DNA of 64,000 bases from Polaromonas sp. (GCA_025352405.1 JANXTM010000187.1:632-64631), one strand, 5' to 3'; shown: positions 19,900 through 31,566, numbered from the stretch's first letter. Program-made: numbers and translations. Notes: generated by a model from the letters alone, not told the origin.

Positions 19900-20088
19900 G
19901 ATTTTCTTTTATAAAAAAATTTGGACCGATGAAAGAGTGATTGACTGTGCGTATCCGGACCACAAAATAGGCAGCGAACCCTTCGGTTAATTTGGAGATG
20001 CGTCACCTTGTAAGTGCATCGGGTGGTTGGTTGAAATTGAATGCGTCACTACCGGTCAATTCAGTTGTTTTGCGTCGCCGCCACAGAC

Positions 20089-21093
20089 TCACACTGCGAC
20101 CCAGGTTTTAATTTTTTGAGCCATCATTTCTGTTGAAATGCCGTAGCGGTCGTGCAGCGTCGGCAGCGCACCCGCGTCGAGAAAAGCGTCTGGCAAGCCA
20201 ATCTGACGAAATGCTGTAGCGACGCCTGAACGCATCAACAAACCGGCTATAGCCTCACCCAAACCGCCGATTACCGAATGATTCTCTGCCACCACGACCA
20301 GTCTTCCCAGCCGCCGGACCTCGGCCAAGATGGTCGCTTCATCAAGCGGCTTGATCGTGGGGACGTGCAGCACTGCGACATCGATGCCATCGGCCTTCAG
20401 TTGCTCGGCAACTTCCAGCGCACGCATGGTCATGAAGCCACTGGCAATCACCAGAACCTCATTGCCGTCGCGTATCAGCTTGGCTTTGCCGAGCTCGAAC
20501 TTGTAGTTGTACTCGTCCAGCACCAGTGGCACGTTGCCGCGCGGCAGTCGCATGTAGACAGGGCCAACATGGTCAGCCATTTGCGGCACAGCTTGCTCAA
20601 TCTCGAGCGCGTCGCATGGGTCAATGATGGTCATGCCAGGAATGCAGCGCATCATGGCCAGGTCCTCCGTCGCCTGGTGACTCGGCCCATAGCCTGTCGT
20701 CAATCCAGGCAGCGCGCAACAGATCTTGACGTTCAGGTTCTCTTCAGCAATGACCTGGTGCACAAAGTCGTAGGCGCGGCGGGTACCAAACACGGCGTAG
20801 GTCGTTGCGAACGGAATAAAGCCTTCCTTGGCCATGCCACCGGCTGCCGCCATCAGCAGCTGCTCGGCCATACCCATCTGAAAGAAGCGCTCCGGGTATT
20901 CCTTGCCGAACAGGTGCAAGTCGGTGTATTTGGCAAGGTCAGCCGTCATGCCGACAATCTCCGGACGATTGCGCGCCAGCTCAACCAGGGCTTTGCCAAA
21001 CGGCGCCGCCGTGAAGCGCTGGCCCTCGCTGGCGATCGAGGCGATCATGGCTGAGGTGGTCAGCCGTGGTTTCTTTTCGGTAGTGGCGTTCAT
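20089..21093 (-). CDS. Split transketolase, C-terminal (pyrimidine-binding) subunit
   Basis: MGMAEQ, FGTRRAYD, GPSHQATED, PVYMRLPRG, HVPTIKPLD; TAATG coupling with the upstream gene. Confidence 0.92.
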   Translation of the reverse strand: MNATTEKKPRLTTSAMIASIASEGQRFTAAPFGKALVELARNRPEIVGMTADLAKYTDLHLFGKEYPERFFQMGMAEQLLMAAAGGMAKEGFIPFATTYAVFGTRRAYDFVHQVIAEENLNVKICCALPGLTTGYGPSHQATEDLAMMRCIPGMTIIDPCDALEIEQAVPQMADHVGPVYMRLPRGNVPLVLDEYNYKFELGKAKLIRDGNEVLVIASGFMTMRALEVAEQLKADGIDVAVLHVPTIKPLDEATILAEVRRLGRLVVVAENHSVIGGLGEAIAGLLMRSGVATAFRQIGLPDAFLDAGALPTLHDRYGISTEMMAQKIKTWVAV

Positions 21094-21932
21094 TAAACGA
21101 CTCCTTCGGTTTGCATGCTGTCGATATGGGCGATGGCTTGCTGCCATTCCGGCGGATCGACACGGATAAAGTGGTTCTTGTCGCGGGTTTCGAGGAACGG
21201 GACGCCCCGACCCATCAAAGTGTCAAAGAGGATTACCCGCGGCTTGTCTTCGGTCAACGCCCGTGCTGCATCGAAGGCAGCAATGACGGCTGGCAGGTCA
21301 TTGCCGTCGACGCGCTGTACATGCCAGCCGAACGCCGCCCATTTATCGGCCAGTGGCTCAAAGCCCATGATTTTCCCGGACGGGCCGTCGGCCTGCTGGT
21401 TGTTGATGTCAATCAGGCAGATCAGGTTAGCTAGCCGGTGGTGGGCGGCACCCATAGCGGCCTCCCAGGTCGAGCCTTCATCCAGCTCACCGTCGGACAT
21501 TGAGTTGTAAACAAAGGCCGAATTCTTCTTCAGCCGCAGACCCAGCGCGACCCCAACCGCGATAGACAAGCCTTGTCCCAACGACCCCCCCGACATTTCC
21601 ATGCCGGGCGTGTAGGTCGCCATTCCTGACATCGGCAAGCGGCTGTCGTCGCTGCCGTAGGTTTCGAGTTCTTCCTCCGGCAAGATCTTGGCTTCTATCA
21701 ACGCTGCGTACAAAGCGATTGCGTAGTGACCGTGCGACAGCAGGAAACGGTCGCGCCCCTCCCACTTGGGATCTTCGGGCCGGTAATTTAACGCATGCCG
21801 GTAAGCCACCGCCAGCACGTCAGCCCATCCGAGTGCCTGCCCAATGTAGCCCTGCCCTTGAACTTCCCCCATACGCAGGGCGTAGCGGCGAATGCGATAA
21901 GCGCTTTCTTGAAGCGTCGATAAATCAGACAT
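21093..21932 (-). CDS. Split transketolase, N-terminal (ThDP-binding) subunit
   Basis: RDRFLLSHGHYA, GGSLGQG, SDGELDEG...DINN ThDP motif; GGAG RBS before ATG 21932. Confidence 0.92.
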   Translation of the reverse strand: MSDLSTLQESAYRIRRYALRMGEVQGQGYIGQALGWADVLAVAYRHALNYRPEDPKWEGRDRFLLSHGHYAIALYAALIEAKILPEEELETYGSDDSRLPMSGMATYTPGMEMSGGSLGQGLSIAVGVALGLRLKKNSAFVYNSMSDGELDEGSTWEAAMGAAHHRLANLICLIDINNQQADGPSGKIMGFEPLADKWAAFGWHVQRVDGNDLPAVIAAFDAARALTEDKPRVILFDTLMGRGVPFLETRDKNHFIRVDPPEWQQAIAHIDSMQTEGVV

Positions 21933-22086
21933 ATATCTCCTTGGAAGATCGAATAAGGCAGGTAATAAGGCAGGTAACAGTGCAAGGCATCCTGAGAGGT
22001 GACGTGGCAATTCCACACATCGCATTGTCAAAGGGCTGCCCTGCAATTTCGGGTCGATTTAGCGCTCGGTGGATGGGGTGCATTTG

Positions 22087-23967
22087 TCAGAGGAACCCGA
22101 TGGATATCCATGGGACCGCGGCGACGATAACGGTTCCGATGAACAGCGCGATCATGTAGCCCACAATGGGCTTCATGCCCTCATTCGGGTGGATACGGCT
22201 GATGGCGCAGGCCGCGTAGTAGCCCACCCCAAATGGCGGCGCAAACAGGCCAATACCCATCGACAGAGTGACGACCATGGCGTAATGCACTTCATGAATC
22301 CCAACCTGGCGGGCAATCGGAAACAGGAGAGGGCCCAGCAGCACGATGGCAGGAATACCCTCCAGTACGGAGCCCAGAATGATGAAAGCCACGACCGACA
22401 CGGCCATGAAGGTGACTGCACCACCTGGCAACGCCTTCATCGCATCGGCCAGCGCGGTCGAGAAGCCGGACTGCGTCAGCGCCCAAGCCATGGCGGTGGC
22501 TGCACCGATGATGAACAAAATGGCACCTGAAAGTGACGCGGTACTAACCAGCATCGGATAGACCCGCTTCCAGTCAAATTGCCGGTACACGAGCAGTCCA
22601 GCAATCACGGCGTAAACGATGCCGATGGTGGACACCTCGGTCGCCGTGGCAACACCTTCGACCACCGCTGCGCGAATGACAACGGGAAGCGCTAGTGCCG
22701 GAATTGAGATCAGAAGCGACTTGCCGATCTCGCGGCCCGTGGCGCGTCTTACGCCCGTGAGGTCCTCACCCCGGTAGCGCCACCACACAAGCGCGGCCAG
22801 AGTGAGCCCCACCACAACGCCAGGCAACAAACCGCCGGTGAACAAAGCTGCAATCGACACGCCAGTGGCGGACCCAATCGTGATCAGTACAAGTGACGGT
22901 GGAATCGTCTCGGTCTGCGCACCAGTAGCGGACAGCAAAGCCACCAGATCGCCTGGCTTGGCACCTCGCTCGCGCATTTCCGGGAACAGTGCCGGTGCCA
23001 CCGCCGCCATATCGGCTGCTTTTGAGCCTGAGATGCCCGACACCAAGTACATCGCACCAATCAGCACATACGACAGTCCGCCGCGCACGTGCCCCAAGAG
23101 GTTCGCCAGGAAATTAACCATGGCGCGCGCAATGCCGGTCATTTCAATCAACAGGCCGAGCAAGACAAACAGGGGAACCGCGAGCAAGATGAGATGGCTC
23201 ATGCCTTCGTCCATCCGGCCGACGATGACCATTGTTGGCGTGCTGGTCGTCAGTGCAATGTAACCAAAGGTCGCGAGTCCGAACGAGAACGCAATGGGCA
23301 AACCCAGCAGCACCATGACGCCAACGCCGAGCACAAAAAAGACGAACAGGTTCCAGTTGCCAAGCGGCTTCAGTAGCGGGCCGACCAGCGCCATCGCCCC
23401 AACGACAAGGGCAACCAGGCCCACGGCCAAGACGACATCCTTCAGTCGCCCGATGCGAAAGATCTGGATGATGCCCACGAGCAACATCAGCCCAAGGCCG
23501 ATGGGAAGTGCGGCGGCACGCCAGGCGTTGGGTATACCCATCGCCGGTGTCGTGACAAACACTTCGTCTGCCGCAAACTCGTAGGCAGGGTGTACGACAA
23601 ACGCCAGGAAGGCAACGCCAGCTGCGATCGCAACCAGATCGAGCAAGGCCCGCTGCCTCGGTTCGAGATTGCCAACCATCGCCGTCATGCGCATATGCTC
23701 GCCGCGCTGGAAAGCAACGATCGACCCCAACATCGCCAGCCAAAGGAACAGGATCGACGCCAGCTCGTCAGACCATCCGAGGGGTTGGTGAAAGACGTAA
23801 CGGCTTATCACGCCCATCAGCAGTACAACGACCTCAGCCAGCACCAGCAGCGCGGCCGGTATTTCAACCAGCGTCGCAAGCGCCTTGTTCAGCGTCTCAA
23901 GCCAGGCGATCGGCTCGCGCCGGCCCGTCTGAACTGCATTTTCATGCTCATCGATAGGGAAATTCAT
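22087..23967 (-). CDS. dctM: TRAP transporter fused DctQ-DctM permease
   Basis: N-terminal 4-TM DctQ (WSDELAS, GEHMR) fused to DctM (AVPLF, SGSKAAD, IPPS, APPFG). Confidence 0.92.
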   Translation of the reverse strand: MNFPIDEHENAVQTGRREPIAWLETLNKALATLVEIPAALLVLAEVVVLLMGVISRYVFHQPLGWSDELASILFLWLAMLGSIVAFQRGEHMRMTAMVGNLEPRQRALLDLVAIAAGVAFLAFVVHPAYEFAADEVFVTTPAMGIPNAWRAAALPIGLGLMLLVGIIQIFRIGRLKDVVLAVGLVALVVGAMALVGPLLKPLGNWNLFVFFVLGVGVMVLLGLPIAFSFGLATFGYIALTTSTPTMVIVGRMDEGMSHLILLAVPLFVLLGLLIEMTGIARAMVNFLANLLGHVRGGLSYVLIGAMYLVSGISGSKAADMAAVAPALFPEMRERGAKPGDLVALLSATGAQTETIPPSLVLITIGSATGVSIAALFTGGLLPGVVVGLTLAALVWWRYRGEDLTGVRRATGREIGKSLLISIPALALPVVIRAAVVEGVATATEVSTIGIVYAVIAGLLVYRQFDWKRVYPMLVSTASLSGAILFIIGAATAMAWALTQSGFSTALADAMKALPGGAVTFMAVSVVAFIILGSVLEGIPAIVLLGPLLFPIARQVGIHEVHYAMVVTLSMGIGLFAPPFGVGYYAACAISRIHPNEGMKPIVGYMIALFIGTVIVAAVPWISIGFL

Positions 23968-24046
23968 AATTTATTTTCGCCAAAGAGCCACGTACAGCCG
24001 CCACAAGAGTCCGCGCGGCTGCTCACCATCACGTTCACTCAAAGGT

Positions 24047-24079
24047 TCACCTCGCGGACCGGCACGCAGAGCGAGGTGA
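24047..24079. terminator. Hairpin between dctP and dctQM (attenuator/stability element)
   Basis: TCACCTCGC-N15-GCGAGGTGA perfect 9-bp stem just after the dctP stop. Confidence 0.4.
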
Positions 24080-24087
24080 CTTTGCAG

Positions 24088-25098
24088 TTAGCCGAGCTTG
24101 CCGGAGACTTTTTCCAGAAGATCCCAGGGCATTGCGCCGTACTTGGTCTTCCACTCGCCATAAAAGCCTGTGCTTATCAACTTTTTGCGGAAATCTTCTT
24201 GCTGAACATCGACGAAATTGATGCCCTTGGCTTTGAGGTCTGCAACCAGGCTGGTATTGAGCCGGGCCACATCGGCGCGCTGATCGGTGGCAGACTTGTC
24301 AAGCTCTCGCTTGATAATCTGTTGGACGTCCGCAGGCAGCTTTTCAAATGCGCGTTTGTTTCCAAGCACCCAGTACCCATCCCAGACATGACCAGTAAGG
24401 CTACAGCTTTTTTGAACCTCATAGAGCCGGGCGGTTGCGATGATGGCCAGGGGGTTTTCCTGGCCCTCCACCACCTTCGTCTGCAAAGCTGTGTACACCT
24501 CATTAAAGTTGATGGTAGCCGGAGCCGCCTCAAGCGCCTTGAACATCGATGTCAGCGATGGCGCAGGCGGCACTCGCAGCTTGAAGCCCTTGAGGTCGGC
24601 TGCAGTTTTGATGTCGCGTGAAGACGACGTGATGTGGCGAAAACCGTTGTCCCAGATCTTGGAGACGGTAAAGATAGATGTTTTTGCGATTTCGGCACGG
24701 ATGTGGTTGCCCAGATCACCGTCCATCGCTTTCCACACGTCGTCGTAGTTCTTGAAGGCAAAACCAACGCTGGTGATGCCCGAGATCGGCACGAAGGTCG
24801 ACAAGATCAGCGAGGACAGGTTGAAAAAATCGACCGAACCATTGCGCACCTGCGACAACAGGTCTGTGTCGTTACCGAGTTGGTTGGCCGGAAAGAGCTT
24901 GATGTTGACCCGGCCTGAGCTGGCCTCACGGATGCGGTCGTGTGCTTCCTTGGCGCGCAGATTAACCGGATGCGTCGGGTCTTGTCCGGTGGCGTACTTG
25001 AGTTCAAACTCGGCGGCGTCGGCGCGGTGCGAGATGATCGAGAAAAGCGGCAGCGTTGCGGATTGCGCCAGCAAGGCCCGACGAGTCAATTTTGTCAT
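24088..25098 (-). CDS. dctP: TRAP solute-binding protein with Tat-type leader
   Basis: TRRALL leader, FPANQLG, NGFRH, LRVP, EVYTALQTKVVEGQENP. Confidence 0.93.
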   Translation of the reverse strand: MTKLTRRALLAQSATLPLFSIISHRADAAEFELKYATGQDPTHPVNLRAKEAHDRIREASSGRVNIKLFPANQLGNDTDLLSQVRNGSVDFFNLSSLILSTFVPISGITSVGFAFKNYDDVWKAMDGDLGNHIRAEIAKTSIFTVSKIWDNGFRHITSSSRDIKTAADLKGFKLRVPPAPSLTSMFKALEAAPATINFNEVYTALQTKVVEGQENPLAIIATARLYEVQKSCSLTGHVWDGYWVLGNKRAFEKLPADVQQIIKRELDKSATDQRADVARLNTSLVADLKAKGINFVDVQQEDFRKKLISTGFYGEWKTKYGAMPWDLLEKVSGKLG

Positions 25099-25268
25099 GA
25101 TGTGTTTGTCTCCGGTGGTTCGGCATGGTCAATTGGCCGTGATTTCGCGGTACTTGCCAATCTTTTCAGCGAGCCACCGGGCATGAGGCGCTTCTGTGCC
25201 CTGTGGCGCTTCGATTTCAAAAACTCGTAAAAGTAATGTAAAAGTGATGGAGAAGAATTCCCGCTTTG

Positions 25269-26018
25269 TCAGTGAATCAACATGCCGCCATTGACATCGA
25301 GCGTGATGCCGGTGCAGTACGCCGACAAATCGCTGCCAAGGAAAACGCAGGCACCCGCGATGTCATTGGCCCGGCCCAGACGCCCCAACGGAATCGTTTC
25401 GGCGATCTCGGTTTTTTTCTCCTCGGTCAATTTGCCCTTGATGATGTCGGTGCTGATCAGGCCTGGGGCAATGCAGTTAACGCGGATTCCGGCAGCGCCC
25501 AGTTCACGCGCCATCGCACGGGCCAGCCCAAGCACGCCGGCTTTGGCTGCTGAGTAGTGCGGCCCCCCAACGATTCCGCCGCCGCGCTGCGCAGAAACAG
25601 ACGAGATACAAATGATGGAGCCGCTTTGCTGACGCTCCATCACTGGAATCACCGCCTGCGAGCACAGGAGCGTGCCACGAAGACTCACGTCCAATACAGC
25701 GTCATAGTCCGCAGCCGAGATGTCCACCGTCTTGCGTGGCTGCGTGATGCCCGCATTGTTTACCAAAATATCAATGCGGCCAAATTTGGCCAGCACTTGT
25801 TCCACTGCGCGGTCCACGGCGGTCTTGTCGGTGACATTTCCGACAACACCAAAATGCGCATCGCCCAGCTGCGCTGCGGCTTCAACCGGCCTGGCGTCTG
25901 CCAAATCCAGAATGGCAACGCGGGCACCGTGTCTGGCCATTTGCAGCGCAGTAGCAAAGCCTAGCCCGTTGGGACCAGCACCGCCGGTAATGAGAACCAC
26001 CTTGTCTTCAAGCAACAT
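25269..26018 (-). CDS. Short-chain dehydrogenase/reductase
   Basis: ITGGAG..GLG, NNAG, YSAAK catalytic motif, DVNGG. Confidence 0.93.
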   Translation of the reverse strand: MLLEDKVVLITGGAGPNGLGFATALQMARHGARVAILDLADARPVEAAAQLGDAHFGVVGNVTDKTAVDRAVEQVLAKFGRIDILVNNAGITQPRKTVDISAADYDAVLDVSLRGTLLCSQAVIPVMERQQSGSIICISSVSAQRGGGIVGGPHYSAAKAGVLGLARAMARELGAAGIRVNCIAPGLISTDIIKGKLTEEKKTEIAETIPLGRLGRANDIAGACVFLGSDLSAYCTGITLDVNGGMLIH

Positions 26019-26138
26019 GTTTTGTCTCTGGTTAATTTGAGTAAAGTGATTGTCAGAATTCTCATTGTTGAATGCAAACGATATATTTTCACTTTATAGT
26101 GACGTATTGTCATTATTGGGTTTTCCCTGATTTACATC

Positions 26139-27095
26139 ATGCGTTCATCTTTTCCCCCTTTTGCATGCCTCGCAGCCTTTGAAGCCGTAGCACGCCGAAG
26201 AAATTTTTCTCGCGCGGCAAAAGAACTGCATCTCACCCCCTCGGCCGTCAGCCACCAGGTGGCCAAACTTGAACAGTTCTTGAATATCCGCCTGTTTGAT
26301 CGCACGGCACATAACGTCGACCTCACCGTTGCGGGCGACGATTACCTCAAGCGGGTAAGCGGCGCCATGGCTGCAATCAGTGCAGCCACTGACAATGCGA
26401 GAAAAGGTGTACGGAATTCGCTGCATGTACACGCGACGCCGAGCTTTGCGGCGCTTTGGCTCATGCCACGCCTGAAGGACTTCGCGAAAATTCATCCCGA
26501 TATTTCGCTTTCCATGTCGTCATCGGTGGTGCATTCAGACTTCGCTGCTGGGCATACGGACATTGACATCCGTTATGGCGCCCCGCATTGGCCGCAGCTG
26601 GCGGTGCGGCCAATCTTTGAAGAGCAGGTCATGCCGCTGGCCAGCCCGGCCTTCATCAAACGCCATCGGATTGCATCTGCCGAAGACCTGATGCACGTTC
26701 CGCTCATTCAGTCCACCGTCGGCGTGGTTCAATGGCCGGACTGGTTTGCTGCCCAGGACATCGCGCACACGCCGGGGAACTATGCCTATCGTTTTGATCG
26801 CGCATTCATGGCGCTGGATGCCGCCGTTCAGGGCTTGGGTGTAACGTTTGAAAGTACTTCCATTGCTGCGCTGCACCTGAACAAGCGCAGGCTCACACCC
26901 GTATTTGCGTCAGGCGAGTACCTGCCAGTAAAGGCGCACTTTCTGGTGTACCCCGAGCGCCACGCACAACGACCTGAGGTCATGCGCTTTGTTGACTGGC
27001 TTCTGGAGCGGGCAATTGCTACCCCGGACCTGCAGATGCAACCGGCCGGAATGCTGTCTTCGCCAGCTGAGTCGCCTAAGGCAAACAAAGCGTGA
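26139..27095 (+). CDS. LysR-family regulator (GcvA-like), divergent from the SDR-TRAP-transketolase operon
   Basis: NFSRAAKEL.LTPSAVSHQ HTH; WLMPRL; DIDIRYG. Confidence 0.92.
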   Translation: MRSSFPPFACLAAFEAVARRRNFSRAAKELHLTPSAVSHQVAKLEQFLNIRLFDRTAHNVDLTVAGDDYLKRVSGAMAAISAATDNARKGVRNSLHVHATPSFAALWLMPRLKDFAKIHPDISLSMSSSVVHSDFAAGHTDIDIRYGAPHWPQLAVRPIFEEQVMPLASPAFIKRHRIASAEDLMHVPLIQSTVGVVQWPDWFAAQDIAHTPGNYAYRFDRAFMALDAAVQGLGVTFESTSIAALHLNKRRLTPVFASGEYLPVKAHFLVYPERHAQRPEVMRFVDWLLERAIATPDLQMQPAGMLSSPAESPKANKA

Positions 27096-27450
27096 AATTC
27101 TGATCAGGAAACGGGTCCCAGTAAGGCATTCGCCCAATTTTGGCTGGTCACGCGGTCATCATTCCGCGCAATTGAAGGCGTAAAAAAAGTCGCACCACCT
27201 CACATCGTTTTGGTTTTGTGAAACTCCAATGGCAACCAAGAACAGGCGGCTATATTTAATTTATGGTCAGACACTGGTTGATTTCGAGTCCATTGTGATC
27301 TTTGAAACGGGTGCAATTACTACTCCAAAGCGTCGATTTTGTCGGTGAAGCTTGAAGGTCAACTTTTCACAGCAAAAATAGCGGGAAAAGACTGATGGCC
27401 AGTCTTTAGGGCGGCCAACATAATGGCGACCCAAATCAAAACAGGCGACA

Positions 27451-28068
27451 TTGATGAAACGTTCCACTTTCATTTGCGCGGAACTGCTGGGCTCGCTCTT
27501 CGTCCTGCAAGGTTGCGGCTCCATGCCCCGTACGGGCGACGGCTGGAGCACCCTGATTGAGGGCAGTTCCGGACTGGACAACTTCAACCGCGTCGGCGAC
27601 GCGAACTGGCGCGCAGAGGACGGCACCATCGTGGCTGACCGCGGCGCAGGCGGCTTCCTGGTGACGAAGAAGAGTTATCGAGATTTTCAGATTCGCGCAG
27701 AGTTCTGGTCCGACCACACCACCAACAGCGGCATTTTCATGCGCCCACAGGACCCGGCCAAGATCAATGCGGTTAATTCTTATGAAGTAAACATCTTCTA
27801 CCAACGACCTGAACCGGTCTACGGCACTGGCGCGATCGTCAATGTCTCCAAGGTGGTTCCCATGCCCAAGGCCGGCGGTAAGTGGAACGTCTATTAAGTG
27901 ACGGTGAAAGGCTCGCAGCTGACAGTGGTCCTGAACGACGTGCAGACGGTCAACGTACGGGACGAAAAGTTCGCGCAGGGACCAATCGCACTGCAATACG
28001 CGCTAGGCGCAAACAACATTCCAGGTGGGCCGATCAAGTGGCGAAAGGTGCAGGTCCGCGAGATTTGA
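27451..28068 (+). pseudogene. DUF1080 (3-keto-disaccharide hydrolase-like) lipoprotein with an in-frame nonsense codon
   Basis: NSGIFMR, YEVNI, GKWN motifs; TAA at 27895-27897 is followed in frame by VTVKGSQLTVVLN...GPIALQ...IKWRKVQVREI* ending at 28068. Confidence 0.85.
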
Positions 28069-28576
28069 GCGTTGTCCTAAACCGAGTCGTATGCGACCTT
28101 GCTGGCCCGATCTCGCAGGCGCGCGCGGCCAAAGGCCGCTTCCTCGTTACTGAACCGCTGACTTTCCGAAAACATTTGAAACCGCAACGGCATTTGTAGC
28201 CAGGACCGCAATTAATTTCGGGTTACCGATCGATCCCGTGTGGCGGCTCCAGGCCCATAGCGCATACCAGTTTTAGGTCCGATCGCAGATCTCTGAATTG
28301 CAGGCTTCTGGCGACAGCAACCAACACACAAGTGAACGACTTTAAAAGGCACACCTAAAACTCAATTGCTTTTAAACCTGCATGAATGCCTGAGCTTTGT
28401 TGGCGCCATTCATTGGTTGGAATAGTTGCTATGCTGGGCAATTAAGATCGCAAACAGGTACCGAGCAGTCATGCCGGTTAGCGGCGTTGACTCCTGGGTC
28501 CACTAAGCGGTCCTTTGAACGCACCGCAACCGGTCGTTGCCCGCCCGAGTGAAGGTCCCCGCGCATCGCTGCCAGA

Positions 28577-29050
28577 CTACCCGGCCATAACCGGTTTCAA
28601 GTACTTGGAAGGGTGCTCGGGTTCCCCCTCTTGAGTCAGCCTTGCCCTTTCGAAGCAATCAACGTCAGCGGGCAAGGCGACGCCCGACTGTGCTGACTGG
28701 GTCCATATGTTCGAAGTTATGTCCACCGCCTTGGGGTTGTCGTAGCAGCCTCGCGAGACTGCTCGAAAATCAGGCCAGCGCTCATAGGTAAGGCCGATAG
28801 TGGTTCCACAAACTGGGCAAAACTCAACGTACACCTTCTTGCCGCTCACATCTGAGGTGTGCTCGTACTTGCGCACCTCGCCAGCATTGAACTCGACTGC
28901 CTGAACTGGGAACACGGAGTTGGCATAGAACGCGGAACCGGTCATACGCTGACAGAAAGTGCAGTGGCAAACAAATGTTCGAACTGGCGCCTGATTGACG
29001 TGGAATCTGACAGCTCCGCAGAGACAGCCACCTTCAAGAACAAGCGACAT
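28577..29050 (-). CDS. GFA/CENP-V family Zn protein
   Basis: GGCLCGAVR, CHCTFCQR, FCPVCGT; starts at MSLVLEGG (29050), not at the ORF-track start 29434. Confidence 0.9.
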   Translation of the reverse strand: MSLVLEGGCLCGAVRFHVNQAPVRTFVCHCTFCQRMTGSAFYANSVFPVQAVEFNAGEVRKYEHTSDVSGKKVYVEFCPVCGTTIGLTYERWPDFRAVSRGCYDNPKAVDITSNIWTQSAQSGVALPADVDCFERARLTQEGEPEHPSKYLKPVMAG

Positions 29051-29147
29051 GGTGAAACTCCGGGTTAGACCCTGATGGTGTGATGCGAGGCATGTCCTCA
29101 AATGAAACTGTACCACCCCTGTGTCTGCTTTTGGTCGCAACTCGCCG

Positions 29148-29554
29148 GTATTGCCACTGACCGAAAATTGACGGCTGGGAGTGCGGCGCATAAAGCTGCG
29201 CGACCAACTCTCTGACGGAGAGACACGTAGGCGAACTGGACTGGCCAGACATACGGTCAAGGAGTGGCTCAAGGCGCCAGGCGACATTAAACCGGAGTAC
29301 CAACGCAGTAAGGCTGATGGCAAGCTCACGCCGTTTATGGCCGTGTGCCTGAGCAAGCGTTGCGCACGGACGCGCACAGAGCCGAACAGGCAGGCTGCGA
29401 CTGCAGGGCTCTGTTCTCGCGGATCCAGGCCCAAGAATGCGGGGATGGCTAGAGCGCCGTTGCAGACTTCATTCGCGCATGACGAATGGAAAGCATCGAG
29501 GACCCCAGCAAAGTGGCGTTCGGTGCTCTCGCGCTATTCCTGGAGGCATATTGA
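29148..29554 (+). mobile_element. istA: Decayed IS21-family istA 5' remnant with degenerate left end
   Basis: VRRIKLRDQLS..E..RRTGLARHTVKEWLKAP..KPEY...GKLTPF, then a +1 frameshift to EQALRTDAHR..RALFSRIQAQ..G*SAVADFIRA*; stops at 29450 and 29480; TTGCCACTGA/CCGAAAATTGAC end-like motif. Confidence 0.8.
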
Positions 29555-29647
29555 TGACTTTAATTGCTTGGAGTTTAGATTTTTCTAAACAAATAATTGA
29601 CACATTAACTTAGCCGTACAGACTATGAAATTTTTCTCATCTTTTGG

Positions 29648-29693
29648 GATTACTGGATTAATTCTCCGATTACCGTTTTAATTATTACGATCA
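29648..29693. repeat. Two GATTAC-N4-TTAATT direct repeats with 20-bp period next to the glmS 3' end
   Basis: 29648-29663 and 29668-29683; abrupt GC-to-AT shift about 22 nt past the glmS stop. Confidence 0.7.
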
Positions 29694-29715
29694 TTCACGC
29701 CAGAGACCCCCGCCT

Positions 29716-31566
<1,851 letters not shown>

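Noticed and set aside
27271-27295. tRNA T-loop-like TTCGAGTCC
   Set aside because: No cloverleaf stems around it
27367-27415. c-di-GMP-I riboswitch-like hairpin (AAGACTG-ATGGC-CAGTCTT)
   Set aside because: One 7-bp stem only; the GGCAAAC/GAAA/GACGCAAAG core is missing
29051-29434. N-terminal extension of the 285-aa ORF 28577..29434
   Set aside because: It is the antisense of the IS21 relic plus spacer; the GFA domain starts at 29050
18230-29715. Intact Tn7, integron or prophage in the accessory block
   Set aside because: No tnsABCD, integrase or phage genes, and no flanking direct repeat found
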